A stretch of 63,246 nucleotides of DNA, counting the filler. It is 4 parts of 4 records of this genome, joined end to end, with 100 filler letters (N's around TTAATTAATTAA, not from the genome) between each part and the next. Parts side by side here need not be neighbours in the genome. Positions count along the whole stretch, not along the records: positions 32,066 to 51,691 come from SRR31156797_4919; positions 51,792 to 63,246 come from SRR31156797_4939; 2 more parts are not named here. One strand, 5' to 3'. The notes beneath the pieces were generated by a model. It was not told the DNA's origin and searched no databases. It saw only the letters and a list, made by a program, of their open reading frames with translations. A program made the translations under genes and the position numbers. Positions 48,918 to 59,900 of the stretch are shown here, piece by piece; positions within the stretch are counted from its first letter, which is position 1; each line of letters starts with the position of its first letter.

Positions 48918-50821
48918 TTATTCAGGATATATTTCTTTTAATCTCTCAATAGTTATATCTATCGGCAAACCCGTTTCAAAAAAACCACTTATTATCTCCA
49001 TAAATTTATTTCTAAGCTCCACATCGCCAATTTGCTTAAAGTTGAAAGATGGTATAATTTCATCTTTTGAAATTGAAATTAATGATTGTTTTGATACTTC
49101 ATCAAATTTATTTATAGAGATTCCAATTCTAGCGGGAATAGAGCCTTTTAATATATTAAACTCTTCTTGAGATTTAGCTTGCATTATAATTTTAGCCAGT
49201 GCTCTTTGACCACTTTCACTGTTTGTGTTTACTTTTGGAAATGCAAATACATCTGTATTGTTTAAGAAAATTTTCTCAGTTCCTGGTGTTACTATGGCTA
49301 TATAACCTTCATCCCCATATGGGATATTATTTGATTTAAATACTCCTTTTGCCCAGTCTCCCATTATAAACATCGCAGCTTCTCCGTTTGCTACTAATTC
49401 TCCTGTTTTAGTCCATGAACGATTTAAATAAGCATCATCTATATAGTTTTTCATCTCTCTGAATTTCTTCAAAATTTTTCTCATTTTTGGATTATTCAGA
49501 ACAGCTGAATCCATATCAATAAATAAACTTTTATAAAACTCTTTTCCGCCCATTCCCAATACAAGATTTTCAAACAAAGTTCCTTCTTGCCACGCTTCTC
49601 CGCCAAGAGCAATTGGAATATAACCTGCCTTTTTAATTTTATACAGCGCTTCGTCAAACTCCTTCCAATTACTTGGTAATTTCACATTTGAGTTTTCAAA
49701 TACTTTCATATTACACCATATCAAATTAATCCTCTGCATATTGACCGGTACAGCTACGTAATTTCCCTTATACTTTATACCCTCGTTAATTAGACTTGGG
49801 AGATATTCTGACCATTTTTCCTGCATGGCAACTTCATTCAAATTAAGTAATACACCTTTTTCCGCCCAATCATATAATTCCGGCCCCATATAGGTCTGAA
49901 AAGCATGCGGTCTGTTATTTATTTCTTCTCTACTAGCTAAAATCTTTGGCATATTTATACCTGCTCCACCATGAAGTGTATAATCAAACCATTGATATCC
50001 ATCTTTTGCAAGTGCACTTTTATATACTTCAAGCATCTCTTGCTCTATTTCATTTGTCCACCAATGTGCCACTTCTATAAGAGTAGCTTTTTCATCAATT
50101 TTACTAAACGCTGATCTTATTTCTTTAGCTAACTCTTGATCAAAATCATTATTTAGTGCAATATAATATCCCTTATCATCATTGGTTTCAGGTAGTAATA
50201 TCACTTTCTTAAAATCATCAAAGCTAAGTTTTTCACTCTCACTTACCTCTTTGTTATAATTCTCAATTAAATGAATCAATACTAATTCATCTTCAGCAAT
50301 GAAATCGATTCTATTTAGAATAAGTTTTAGTAAATTTAATTTTCCTTTGGAAACTTTTTCGACTTTTTTAAATCCCTCTCTCTCAAGTATAGTATTTGAA
50401 TGAGTTCCTAAAGTTACTCCTATTCTATATTTTTTGCATCATCTATCTCTCTTATATCTTTTGGCTTAGAAGTTTTATAACGAAACAGATAGTTTCTATT
50501 ATCAGCAATCTTATATATCCACTTATATTTTGTCTCATTTTGCTTACTTCGCAAAACAGGATAAATTAGTATATCACTAAATGTCTCTGCAATTTTGAAA
50601 GCTCTCATCTCCGGATACTGTACGATCTCATAGTCGATATTTAATTCATTTTGAAGTAATTTAATTTTTTCACTTCCAATTCCTTTATTCTCCCCGTTTT
50701 CTTTATAACTATAGGGTGGAATATTCATAGTGGCTATTTGAAATTGATCAATTGAAAATATGTTTTGGTAGATTAAAAATATCAAAATTAATACACATAT
50801 TTTTTTTATAATCTGTAGCAT
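48918..50821 (-). pseudogene. Frameshifted gene: amino-acid-type SBP (family 3) fused to a glucose-type sugar SBP (family 1); appears as ORFs 50420-50821 and 48918-50279
   Basis: Adding one A to the A6 run (50430-50435) gives DAKKYRIGV...NRIDF and an open frame into the EVAHWWT...MGDWAKG...KGSIPAR domain. Confidence 0.75.
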
Positions 50822-50949
50822 AATCTCACCTACTTCGTAATAAAAATTTTAATTTCTGTGCAAAGCTCTTATATAGTCTTACCAACTAAATTAAAAAAAC
50901 CTGCAACATTACATTTTTTTAGTAAGTTACAGGTTTGAATTTTTCTTAT

Positions 50950-51312
50950 TTACATATTATTATTTTTTCTATATTTATTTCCCCACTCAAACATCATATC
51001 CATAATAGGAATTAGAGTCTTACCAAACTCAGTTAACGAATACTCAACTTTTGGAGGAATCTCCTGATATGTTTCTTTATGAATAATATTGTCATTTACA
51101 AGTTCTTTTAATTTATTACTTAACATTTTATGGGTTATTCCATTGATAACTTTTCTCAGTTCTCCATATCGGATTACTTCATTATCATAGATATGCCATA
51201 GGATCACCAGTTTCCATTTTCCGGCTATTTTGTTCATTGTATATTCCATTGGACATGTTACAGAAAATTGCTGCTCTGCAACTTCAGTTTCTATAAGTTC
51301 TTCATTTTTCAT
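50950..51312 (-). CDS. HxlR family winged-helix regulator
   Basis: CP.E......GKWK..ILW, RYGEL, T.KMLS..LKEL and PPKVEYSLT.FG; AAGGAG RBS. Confidence 0.93.
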   Translation of the reverse strand: MKNEELIETEVAEQQFSVTCPMEYTMNKIAGKWKLVILWHIYDNEVIRYGELRKVINGITHKMLSNKLKELVNDNIIHKETYQEIPPKVEYSLTEFGKTLIPIMDMMFEWGNKYRKNNNM

Positions 51313-51393
51313 AATTGACTCCTTTCTGAAGCAGCTTCTTTTTTCACTCTTATTACTATTATACACGAATTTAAAGTAAAAATAAATTCTAAA

Positions 51394-51627
51394 CTATTTA
51401 TTTACTTTCTCATTTCCTCTTTTGAAATTGCCAGTAATCTTTGCAAGTTCCAATTGAATTTCATACTCTGATCTATTTTCAATTTTATTTAGAAATTTCA
51501 AAGCATGTTTATCTTTCAAAATTTTAATCTGTTTATTATTATAATAGATCATAACTTTATTTGATTTATGAACTGTATAATCAAATGGATTTTCTTTTAA
51601 CTTTTCTCTTTTATCTATATTTCCCAT
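51394..51627 (-). CDS. Small conserved hypothetical protein
   Basis: NIDKR..L...PF.Y...QLELAK.TGNFKRGNE pattern; function unknown. Confidence 0.7.
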   Translation of the reverse strand: MGNIDKREKLKENPFDYTVHKSNKVMIYYNNKQIKILKDKHALKFLNKIENRSEYEIQLELAKITGNFKRGNEKVNK

Positions 51628-51691
51628 TTTATTTATCACGCTTCCATTCATATAAATAATCGCATATTTTGCTCAAATGTGCCAAGATTTA

Positions 51692-51791
51692 NNNNNNNNN
51701 NNNNNNNNNNNNNNNNNNNNNNNNNNNNNNNNNNNTTAATTAATTAANNNNNNNNNNNNNNNNNNNNNNNNNNNNNNNNNNNNNNNNNNNN
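51692..51791. other. Artificial contig linker
   Basis: N44-TTAATTAATTAA-N44. Confidence 0.99.
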
Positions 51792-51959
51792 GGTCAGGCC
51801 TAGCTTATTAGCTTATTGCCGGCAATGGCCGGGCCTGGGCCCGCTTTATCTTTTGAGGACGCGGGATGAATCACAAACAACCAGCACCCCTCCAATATTA
51901 TCATTTAATCAATTTACCCCATCTATTTTTGATATATGCATTATTTTTCAAATAAAATA

Positions 51960-51989
51960 TTGACATATCCCTCACAATCCACCTATACG
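51960..51989 (+). promoter_or_regulatory. sigma70-type promoter of the symporter
   Basis: TTGACA-N18-TATACG. Confidence 0.45.
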
Positions 51990-52050
51990 TAATATTTTTT
52001 TCAGGCAAATTGATCGATGCGAAAAACGACTCAATAATGACGGAGAATTC

Positions 52051-53406
52051 ATGATAGAGGAACTGAACAGCTTTTTTTCCACCCTGAGTGGAATGGTCTG
52101 GGGCGTGCCGGTACTGGTGCTACTCGTGGGAACCGGTATTATTCTAACAGTTCGATTAAGGGGACTTCAGGTCCGCAAACTGTTTTATGCCCTGGGCATG
52201 ATGTTCGGAAATAATCACGATGAGCCAGGAGATATCAGCCATTTTCAGGCCCTGATGACGGCGCTGGCCGCCACCATCGGAACCGGAAACATCATCGGTG
52301 TGGCCACGGCCATCTACTGGGGCGGACCCGGCGCACTCTTCTGGATGTGGACGGCTGCCTTCTTCGGCATGGCGACCAAGTACGGAGAGGGAATCCTGGC
52401 GGTTAAATACCGTGTCCGGGATGAACAGGGCGAAATGAGCGGTGGCCCCATGTACTATCTGGAACTGGGTCTGAAACAGAAATGGCTGGGGATTGCCTTT
52501 GCGGCTTTTGCCTGCATCGCGGCCCTTGGCACCGGAAACATGATCCAGGCCAACGCCATTGCAGGAAACCTGAAAGCCTTGGGAATCGAGCCCATCTGGT
52601 CTGGTATGGTGTGCGGCGTCGCCACCGCCGCCGTGATCCTGGGGGGGGTCAAGCGAATCGGAAAAATCACCTCTTATATCGTCCCTGCCATGGCCCTTGT
52701 CTACGTCCTGGGATGCCTGATCATCCTCTTTCGTTTTTCTTCCCAGGTTCCCCAGGCCTTTGCCATGATCTTTGACGGCGCCTTCAATGGAACCGCTGCC
52801 AGCGGCGGATTTGCCGGGGCCGCCGTGATGCTTGCCATCAAAAAAGGCGTCTCCAGGGGCGTTTTTTCCAACGAAGCGGGCCTGGGTACCGCCCCCATCG
52901 CCGCAGCCGCGGCCAAGACCAAGGAACCCGTGGAACAGGCCCTGGTCTCCATGACCGGCACCTTTATCGACACCATCTGCGTCTGCACCATGACCGGCCT
53001 GGTCCTTATCGTCACAGGCGTGTGGAACACTGGAGCCGAGGTGGTGACCATGACCGGAAACGCCTTCAGCATCGGCATGTCCGGGGGATGGGGCGGGTTT
53101 ATCGTCAGCTTTGGCCTGATCTTTTTCGCCTACTCCACCATTCTGGGATGGGGATATTACGGAGAAAAATGTTTTGAGTACCTGTTCGGAATCAAGGCGA
53201 TTCTCCCGTACAGGATTCTCTGGATCATCCTGGTTCCGGTGGGCGCCGTGGCCAAACTGGATCTTCTCTGGAACGCCTCCGACTGCTTTAACGGCATGAT
53301 GATCATCCCCAACCTTATCGGCCTCATCGGCCTGAGCGGGGTCATCGTCTCAGAAACCAACAAGTACCTGGACAAGCTGAAAGAAAAAAGGAAACAGTGG
53401 GAGTAA
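52051..53406 (+). CDS. agcS: Alanine/glycine:cation symporter (AGCS family)
   Basis: GDISHFQAL.TALAATIGTGNI.GVATA, GGPGALFWMW, SGGPMYY, FSNEAGLG and FIDT motifs. Confidence 0.96.
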   Translation: MIEELNSFFSTLSGMVWGVPVLVLLVGTGIILTVRLRGLQVRKLFYALGMMFGNNHDEPGDISHFQALMTALAATIGTGNIIGVATAIYWGGPGALFWMWTAAFFGMATKYGEGILAVKYRVRDEQGEMSGGPMYYLELGLKQKWLGIAFAAFACIAALGTGNMIQANAIAGNLKALGIEPIWSGMVCGVATAAVILGGVKRIGKITSYIVPAMALVYVLGCLIILFRFSSQVPQAFAMIFDGAFNGTAASGGFAGAAVMLAIKKGVSRGVFSNEAGLGTAPIAAAAAKTKEPVEQALVSMTGTFIDTICVCTMTGLVLIVTGVWNTGAEVVTMTGNAFSIGMSGGWGGFIVSFGLIFFAYSTILGWGYYGEKCFEYLFGIKAILPYRILWIILVPVGAVAKLDLLWNASDCFNGMMIIPNLIGLIGLSGVIVSETNKYLDKLKEKRKQWE

Positions 53407-53479
53407 GTTGAAAAACATCCAGCACCGAACTGAGGTGGTGGAATAAGGCCTCAAGCCACGGTTTCAGAATCCCGGTTGG

Positions 53480-53821
53480 TTATTTGTGATTTTGCCATTT
53501 AAGAGTGATTTTTTTTAAACCGGAGGGTGAGACTACATAGATTGGAGTTTCATGAAGGCCGGTTACACTTTCTGCCTGTCCTACAAGTTTGCCATCGGAT
53601 CCAAGGGCTTGAATAATTATTTGGTTTCCAGATTTTCTGCCCGAAAAGACAACAGTCCCAATGGTTTCTATCTGGAGCTTTCCAAGTCGGGCCAATTGGT
53701 TGGTTTCAATCCTGGGAACATCCAGAAAAAGATTTTGTTCTGAGCCCATGGCTATAAAAGGACCTGTAACAACAAAATTTATCAGGGTTAAAATCAACGA
53801 TAGAGATTTTATCGATTTCAT
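53480..53821 (-). CDS. Small exported hypothetical protein (beta-rich)
   Basis: N-terminal signal-like segment; GGAGG RBS upstream; co-oriented downstream of the giant gene. Confidence 0.6.
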   Translation of the reverse strand: MKSIKSLSLILTLINFVVTGPFIAMGSEQNLFLDVPRIETNQLARLGKLQIETIGTVVFSGRKSGNQIIIQALGSDGKLVGQAESVTGLHETPIYVVSPSGLKKITLKWQNHK

Positions 53822-53940
53822 TTCGTGGGAAACCTCCAGATAATTTTTTATTTATTACTACAATAAATTGTCTTATCAAATTATATATCAACTAAACAGC
53901 AATTTTAATTCTGAAAAATCTGATAGGTTACCGAACTGCG

Positions 53941-53969
53941 CCGCCCCCCGGAGCCACCCGGGGGAGCGG
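53941..53969 (-). terminator. GC-rich hairpin after the giant surface-protein gene
   Basis: CCGCCCCCCGG-N6-CCGGGGGAGCGG. Confidence 0.55.
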
Positions 53970-53982
53970 AACAGTATGGTGT

Positions 53983-56900
53983 TCAGGGGCCGACGAGCAT
54001 GTCGAAGCGGATGCGCCTACCGACCTCGAAATCCAGATTCAGCTCGCTGCCGTTTCCGGACACGCCCTTCCAGTCGTTGATCCCGGAGGGCACGGACAGG
54101 GCCTCACCGGTCATGGACCAACCCTCGCCGGGCAGGGGGCCGATGACCATGCCGTCGGTACAGCAGGACGACCAGCTATGGTTGCCTCGGAACACGCCAC
54201 TGCCCAGATCGGTTGTCTCACCCGGATCATCCTCCAGCACGATGCCGGCCCCGGATGCCCCATCCAAATCGAACTCGGCGGAAAAACTGCCGCCGGTAGA
54301 GTCGTTGGCGATGTCATGGACCATGAACAGGTGCAGGCCGTCGGCGGCGTCCACGAAGAAGAGGCTCGTAACCTCCGCCGTGGGTAGCGGGAAGACCCCG
54401 TTGTAGCTGGCCCTTTCCGGGTTGCCGTAGCTGAAGTAGGCCACGGCCGTATCCGCGGTCTCTATGGGTTGCAGGAAGCCGAGGACGTTGGACTCGAAAT
54501 CGCCGACCCCCACACCGCTCTCCTGGGCGACCCGTACCGAGACCCCGGAGAGATTCACGATGAAAGGCAAGGACGCCTCCCCCACCGCAGTGCGCAACCC
54601 CAGATCCGTGGAGCCGATGGTCGCCGCAGGCAGGATCGTCACTTGGGCAACCACACTGGCATCCGTGGCGCTGGTGATGGTACCGACGATGCCCGGGTTG
54701 GTGGAGATCACCTCAATCGCACTGCTCAACCCGGTACCTGTGAAGGTCACGTCCACGGTCTCGCCCTCGAACACGTCCGGCGGGTCCAGCTCCGACAGGC
54801 TCGGCGGCACATCAATGATGAACGAAGTCAAGGCCGTGCCGCCAAAGGTCTCCACCTCCAGCGTCGTGGACCCGAGCACCGAACCCGCACCCACGGTCAG
54901 CTCCACTTGGACGTCACTTCCGTCGGCCGCAACGCCTACGATGCGTGCCTGGACATCGGGATTGGTCGAACGCACCTCAAAGGCGGTCTCCAGATCAGAG
55001 CCGAACAGGGTGACCATACCGCTCGTACCAGCTATCAGCCCCAGGGGCTGGGCCTGGGTCAGGGTGGGCGCCGGCGGGGGCGCCTGGAACTCCTGCACGA
55101 ATCCGCTGTAGGTCACGTAACGCTGGGATTGGTTGAAGAAGCCGAAGCGGCCATTGACGAAGCCTCGATCAGTGCCGGCCCCAAAGACATCCTCCGGCGT
55201 GACATCGAAAATCAGTTGCTCCGCCGGTTCGTCGAAACGCGTATCCAGGGGATCGATAATCCAGATACGGATGGCATCGGAGGCATATTCCAGCCTGAAC
55301 TCGTAGTTGCGGTTGCGCACCCAGCCACGGGTCGATCCCAGGTCATTGGCGATGATGGTCTGCCCGGGCTCCTCCTGATGGCGACTAATGCCGGTACCGG
55401 TCACCCTCGAGAGCGTGAATCCCTCTGGATGTGGGTTCTGAAACTTCTGCTTCCAATCCAACAAAAAGAACTCGTAGTCGTTGGCTGCATCGCCATGACC
55501 GCTAAACGGGGCCTGGTAACCGAACACGAAGCCCATCCAGTCATCGTCCGAATCTGTGGTCCGGAAGGTACCTGTCAGGGTCCGGTTGATGACCGCCTCG
55601 GGGCTCACGAAGAAGGTCGGATTTCCGTTCTGGGTCTGGGTCACCGTCGTACCGTCGGCAGAGACATTCCAAATCCCCGCACCAGAGCCGACCGCACCCT
55701 GAGGGGCCCACCCCACCCGCAGATCCACCGGCGTGGTCGTGACGGTGGTAAAGGTACTGGTGAACTCGCCGGAGAACCCGTTGCCCGCCAGATCCGTGAT
55801 CCCGCCGGTCGGAATCCGCACCGTGTAGGTCTTGGCGGGGATCAGATCGGCATCGGGGGTAAACTCCAGACTCATCCCATCAGGCGCCACGACGATGGCG
55901 CCCGGAATCACCGAGCCCTCCAGCAGGAAGGTCGTCTCCGAGATCACGGTCGCCGGGTCCAGGGCCTCGCTGAAATCGACCTGTACCGTGGCGTCCAGGG
56001 CCACGTCCGTTTCACCATCCGCCGGATCAACCAGCGTTACCTGGGGTGCCGTAGAATCCTGCACCACGGTCAACGGGTCGCCGTTGTTGTCCAAGGTGGT
56101 CTCCACCTCGTTGCCGTAGGCATCGCCGGCAAAGACCTGAAGCGAGTTCGCCGTGTTGGGGATCAGGTTCGTGGTGACGGAGAAGGCACCCGTCCCGTCC
56201 GCGCCGCCCGTGGCCACCGCGGAACCGCCCAGGATGCGAATCGTCGCGTTCGGGTCCGCCGTGCCACTGACAACAACGGCTCCCGCGTTGGTCAGGGTCG
56301 GTACCGGGTCCACCACCGCCGGGGTGGGTGGCTCCACAACGGTGAAGGTCTCGGTGTCGAATCCGGCCGGCGTGGTGACGGTGACGTTGCGCGGGCCTGG
56401 CGAGGCCAGGACGTTGATATCGAACTGCACGTCACGGACGTTGTCGACGGCAGCTGCCCCCCCCTGGTAGAAATCCACCTCGTCGATGAAGGTCCAGGGA
56501 CCGTTGCCGCTGAAATGGGCCGACACTCGGTAGTAACGGGCATTGGCGCTCAGACCGCCAATGGCATAGGTGCGATAGGTATCGTTGTTCGCCGTCGATT
56601 CGGGCACCAGCAGGGAGCCGATCGGGGTCCAGGTCGACCCGTTCGGGCTCGAATAGACATAGGCATTCGGCAGAACCACGTCGCCTGGATAGTCCTGGGT
56701 GGTCCCTATCCGGATCTCGTCGACCTGGGTGGCGGATCCGAAGTCGAAATCGATGTTCACCACCGGGGAATGGACCCAGCCGACCCACTCGTAGGCGTTG
56801 CCATTACCCAGATTCGCATGCCAGGGCATGATGCCGTATTGGCCATCGATAAGCTGCGCCCCGCTCCAATCGTGGTAGCAATAGGTACCGCAATCGGTGC

Positions 56901-59900
56901 CCTGATCGAAGCTGTAGGACTGGGGAACGACCTCCACCGCCGAACCAGGCACAAGCGAGACGCTCACGTACTGACCGTCGATGCTGATGCCCGTGATGTG
57001 TCTCAAACCCGAGCCGAACAGCTGGGCATCGACGAGGGCACCGGGTATGCCACCCGCCGGCACGATGGCCGTCACGTCCGGCGGCGGCAAGGGCACCACG
57101 GTGAAGGTCGCCGTGTCCGAGCCGCCCGGTGTGGTGGCCGTGACCGTGCGCACTGTGGCATCTGCACCGACCGCGATGTCGAAACGCAGGTTCTGCCGGG
57201 TGTCGCTGCCGCCTCCCAGGTTGGACAGGGTGGCGCCGGTACCGCTGATGCCGAAGTTGGCCCCGGTCAGGCCGCTGCCTTGAACGGTCACATCCACCGT
57301 CTGGCCCTGGGTGACGCTGCTGGGTGTCAGGGAGTCGATGACCGGGGGCTTCTGCACCACGATGAATGGAAGTGACGCATCCCCGAAGGCGCTGGTCAAT
57401 CCAAGCGTGGTCGAGCCCGTGGCCGCCAGGCTACCGATCTGAACCGTAGCGGTGACGCTGCTATCGGACACCGAGTCCAGGGTCCCGGAGATATCCGGAT
57501 TACCGGAGATCACCCCGGTCACCGCCGCCAGGTTGGCGTCGGAGGGACCGGTAAAGGTTACTGAAAAGCTGGTCCCCTGCACACCACTGGCCGGGGTTAT
57601 ACCTGTCAAAATCGGTGCGGGAGCAGATTCAGTTGTAAAGGTAAATGAAAAATCAGCTGTTAAACCGTTTCCGGCAAGATCCCGGATCCCGTTTGCCCGG
57701 ATTTTTCCAGTATAGGTATGACCGAATTCCAGGGGCTGATCCGGGGTAAAGGTGAATCCATTGGTCCCTTCAAGGGCAAAGCTGCCATCCACCACTGAGC
57801 CTTCCAGGATGAAATTCAGGCTGTTTATGGTCTCTTCCTTCACAGGTTCGCTAAAGCGGACCAGAATTACAGCATCGAGGGGAATATCAACCCCTCCGTC
57901 TGCGGGGGAGGAAAGTGCTACGGAAGGAGAAGATGTGTCCCGGGTAATGGACAAGGAATCACCGTTTGTGTCCAGGGTTGTTACTGGAGAGAGATTTCCT
58001 GAAGAGTCCTCTGCCTTAACCTGGAAAGTGTAGGCCTGATCTGAATTTAATGGAACTGATGCCGTGAACAGGCCCGAACCTGATACGGCCTGGCTGATGG
58101 GGGAAGAGCCCCCTGTTATGTGTATGGTGGCATCGGCTTCAGCCGAACCCGTCACCTGGACAGAGGAAGCGTTGGTAAGAGAAGAAATGGGATTTACCAC
58201 AGGCGCTGCCGGGGCTGTGATATCGGGAAGAATGGTTTTAAAAGTGAAGAGCCGTACTCCATTGGATCCGGTGGCAAGAGGATTGCCGCACACATCCGAG
58301 AGTCCGTTTGTGAGGCGGATATAGATGTCTGAATTTTCGGAAAGGGCAATTGTCGGTGTATAGATAAGGGTACGGTTGAGATTTCTGAATACACCGCTGC
58401 CCGGTACCAGGCTCCCCTCGGTAAGCAGTTCATTTCCGGCCCCATTCAAGGTCGGGTTCTGATAAACGCCAAAAGTGCTTGTTGAAAAGTTTCCCGGAAT
58501 AAAAGCAAAACTGCCCGGGTTCATCCTGTTGGTAAAATCGATCACAATGACCTGATTTAGTGGCCGTTCATCAGATCCGTCAATGGGATTTGCAAGAGAT
58601 GCCACGGGTGAAGCTGTGACATCACAGGTCTGCTGTGTGCTGAAGGTCCAGGAGTAATTGTTTTCCATCTTAATGTTTGAAGATTCATTGCAGATACCGT
58701 TGAGCCCCCCCACCAGGGTGGCCCGGTAGGTGGTGTTGTCCCTGAGAAAATACTGACTCAGCGGACTCTCAAGGCCCAGGCGGAGGACCGCGGTGGTGGT
58801 GTCGCCTCCCACCCCGGTTTCAAGATAGAGGTGCACCGGAATATGGCGCACAGGATTGCCTAAAGGATCCAGCTCTTCCAAATTAAAGGTTCCAGTCGTA
58901 ACCAGGTCCGCGGATACGATATAGAGACCTTTTGAGTGGTCGTTGGGATCAATATAATCGGTGGTAATGTTCTCCCAGGTATCGGCAGTGAGACAGGCTG
59001 TGGGAGGGGTCAAGGTTGCAAGTACGGAAGTTGTCACAGGAATGTCATACTGTCCGTTCAAAGGATTTATGGCCATGAGGGTGGGCGGAGCACTGCCTTC
59101 CGGAAATTCAAAATTGACCGGAATGGAGTTGGCAATATTACAGCTGGTGCCGTCGGGACCTGTGTCCACTGAGAGATTGATGTTTTCACTGGTCACTGCC
59201 TGACAGGCAATGATCTCTCCCTGAACGGATGCTTTTACAAGAAAAGCTGCTGACACTGTCTGTCCCGGCTGAATGTGCCCGAAATCACGCACTTCAATTG
59301 AATCGGGAACAGGAATACCATCGGCATCCACCAGTTCAGCATTGCCGCCCACCATCAGTTCCAGGCTGGTGTAAAGTGCCGGTACAGGAGAGCGGTTGGT
59401 AAGCTCCACCGTCAAAGTATAGATTTCGCCGGCCACCACATCATGTGTTCCCGCATGACTGGGATGACGTACCACAACATCCAGTTCAGGTGGACCGAAC
59501 ACCTGGACGGTGGTGCCCACGGTACCGTCAAAGGCGTAGGGGTCAGGAAGGCCGCCGCCAACGATAAATCCTGAAAAATTCACCCCCACGTTATGGGTGC
59601 CGATGCCGTCTCCCCGGATTATGAACTGTCCGGTTCCCGTGGAAAGCGGAGCAATTTCACCAAGATCAATGTGATCAATGGCACTGCCCGTATTTATTGT
59701 TGAAACATCCGTGCCGGGTCCAGCCTTTAATGGCGTAAGACCCGATGGCAGGGTTATGTCGGCAGCCACATCTTTAAAGGCAAAATTATCTGATGTATTC
59801 TGGATTGCAATGGTCACCTGGAAAAACTCTTTTAAGGTTTTGATCCTGCCGTCAATGAGGATTACACCCGGGATGGCGGGCCCCTGGGGCGGTGTGATGA

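Noticed and set aside
50420-50422. TAG stop as possible pyrrolysine readthrough, given the nearby corrinoid genes
   Set aside because: The same frame hits TAA two codons later; homology continues in the -1 frame, and no MttB/pyl genes are present
51792-52050. Glycine riboswitch upstream of the AGCS symporter
   Set aside because: No tandem GGAGA...CCGAAG...CTCTCAGG aptamer pattern; the promoter is close to the start
54469-57375. 968-aa plus-strand ORF
   Set aside because: Antisense shadow of the high-GC part of the giant gene; R/G/H-rich with no recognisable motif
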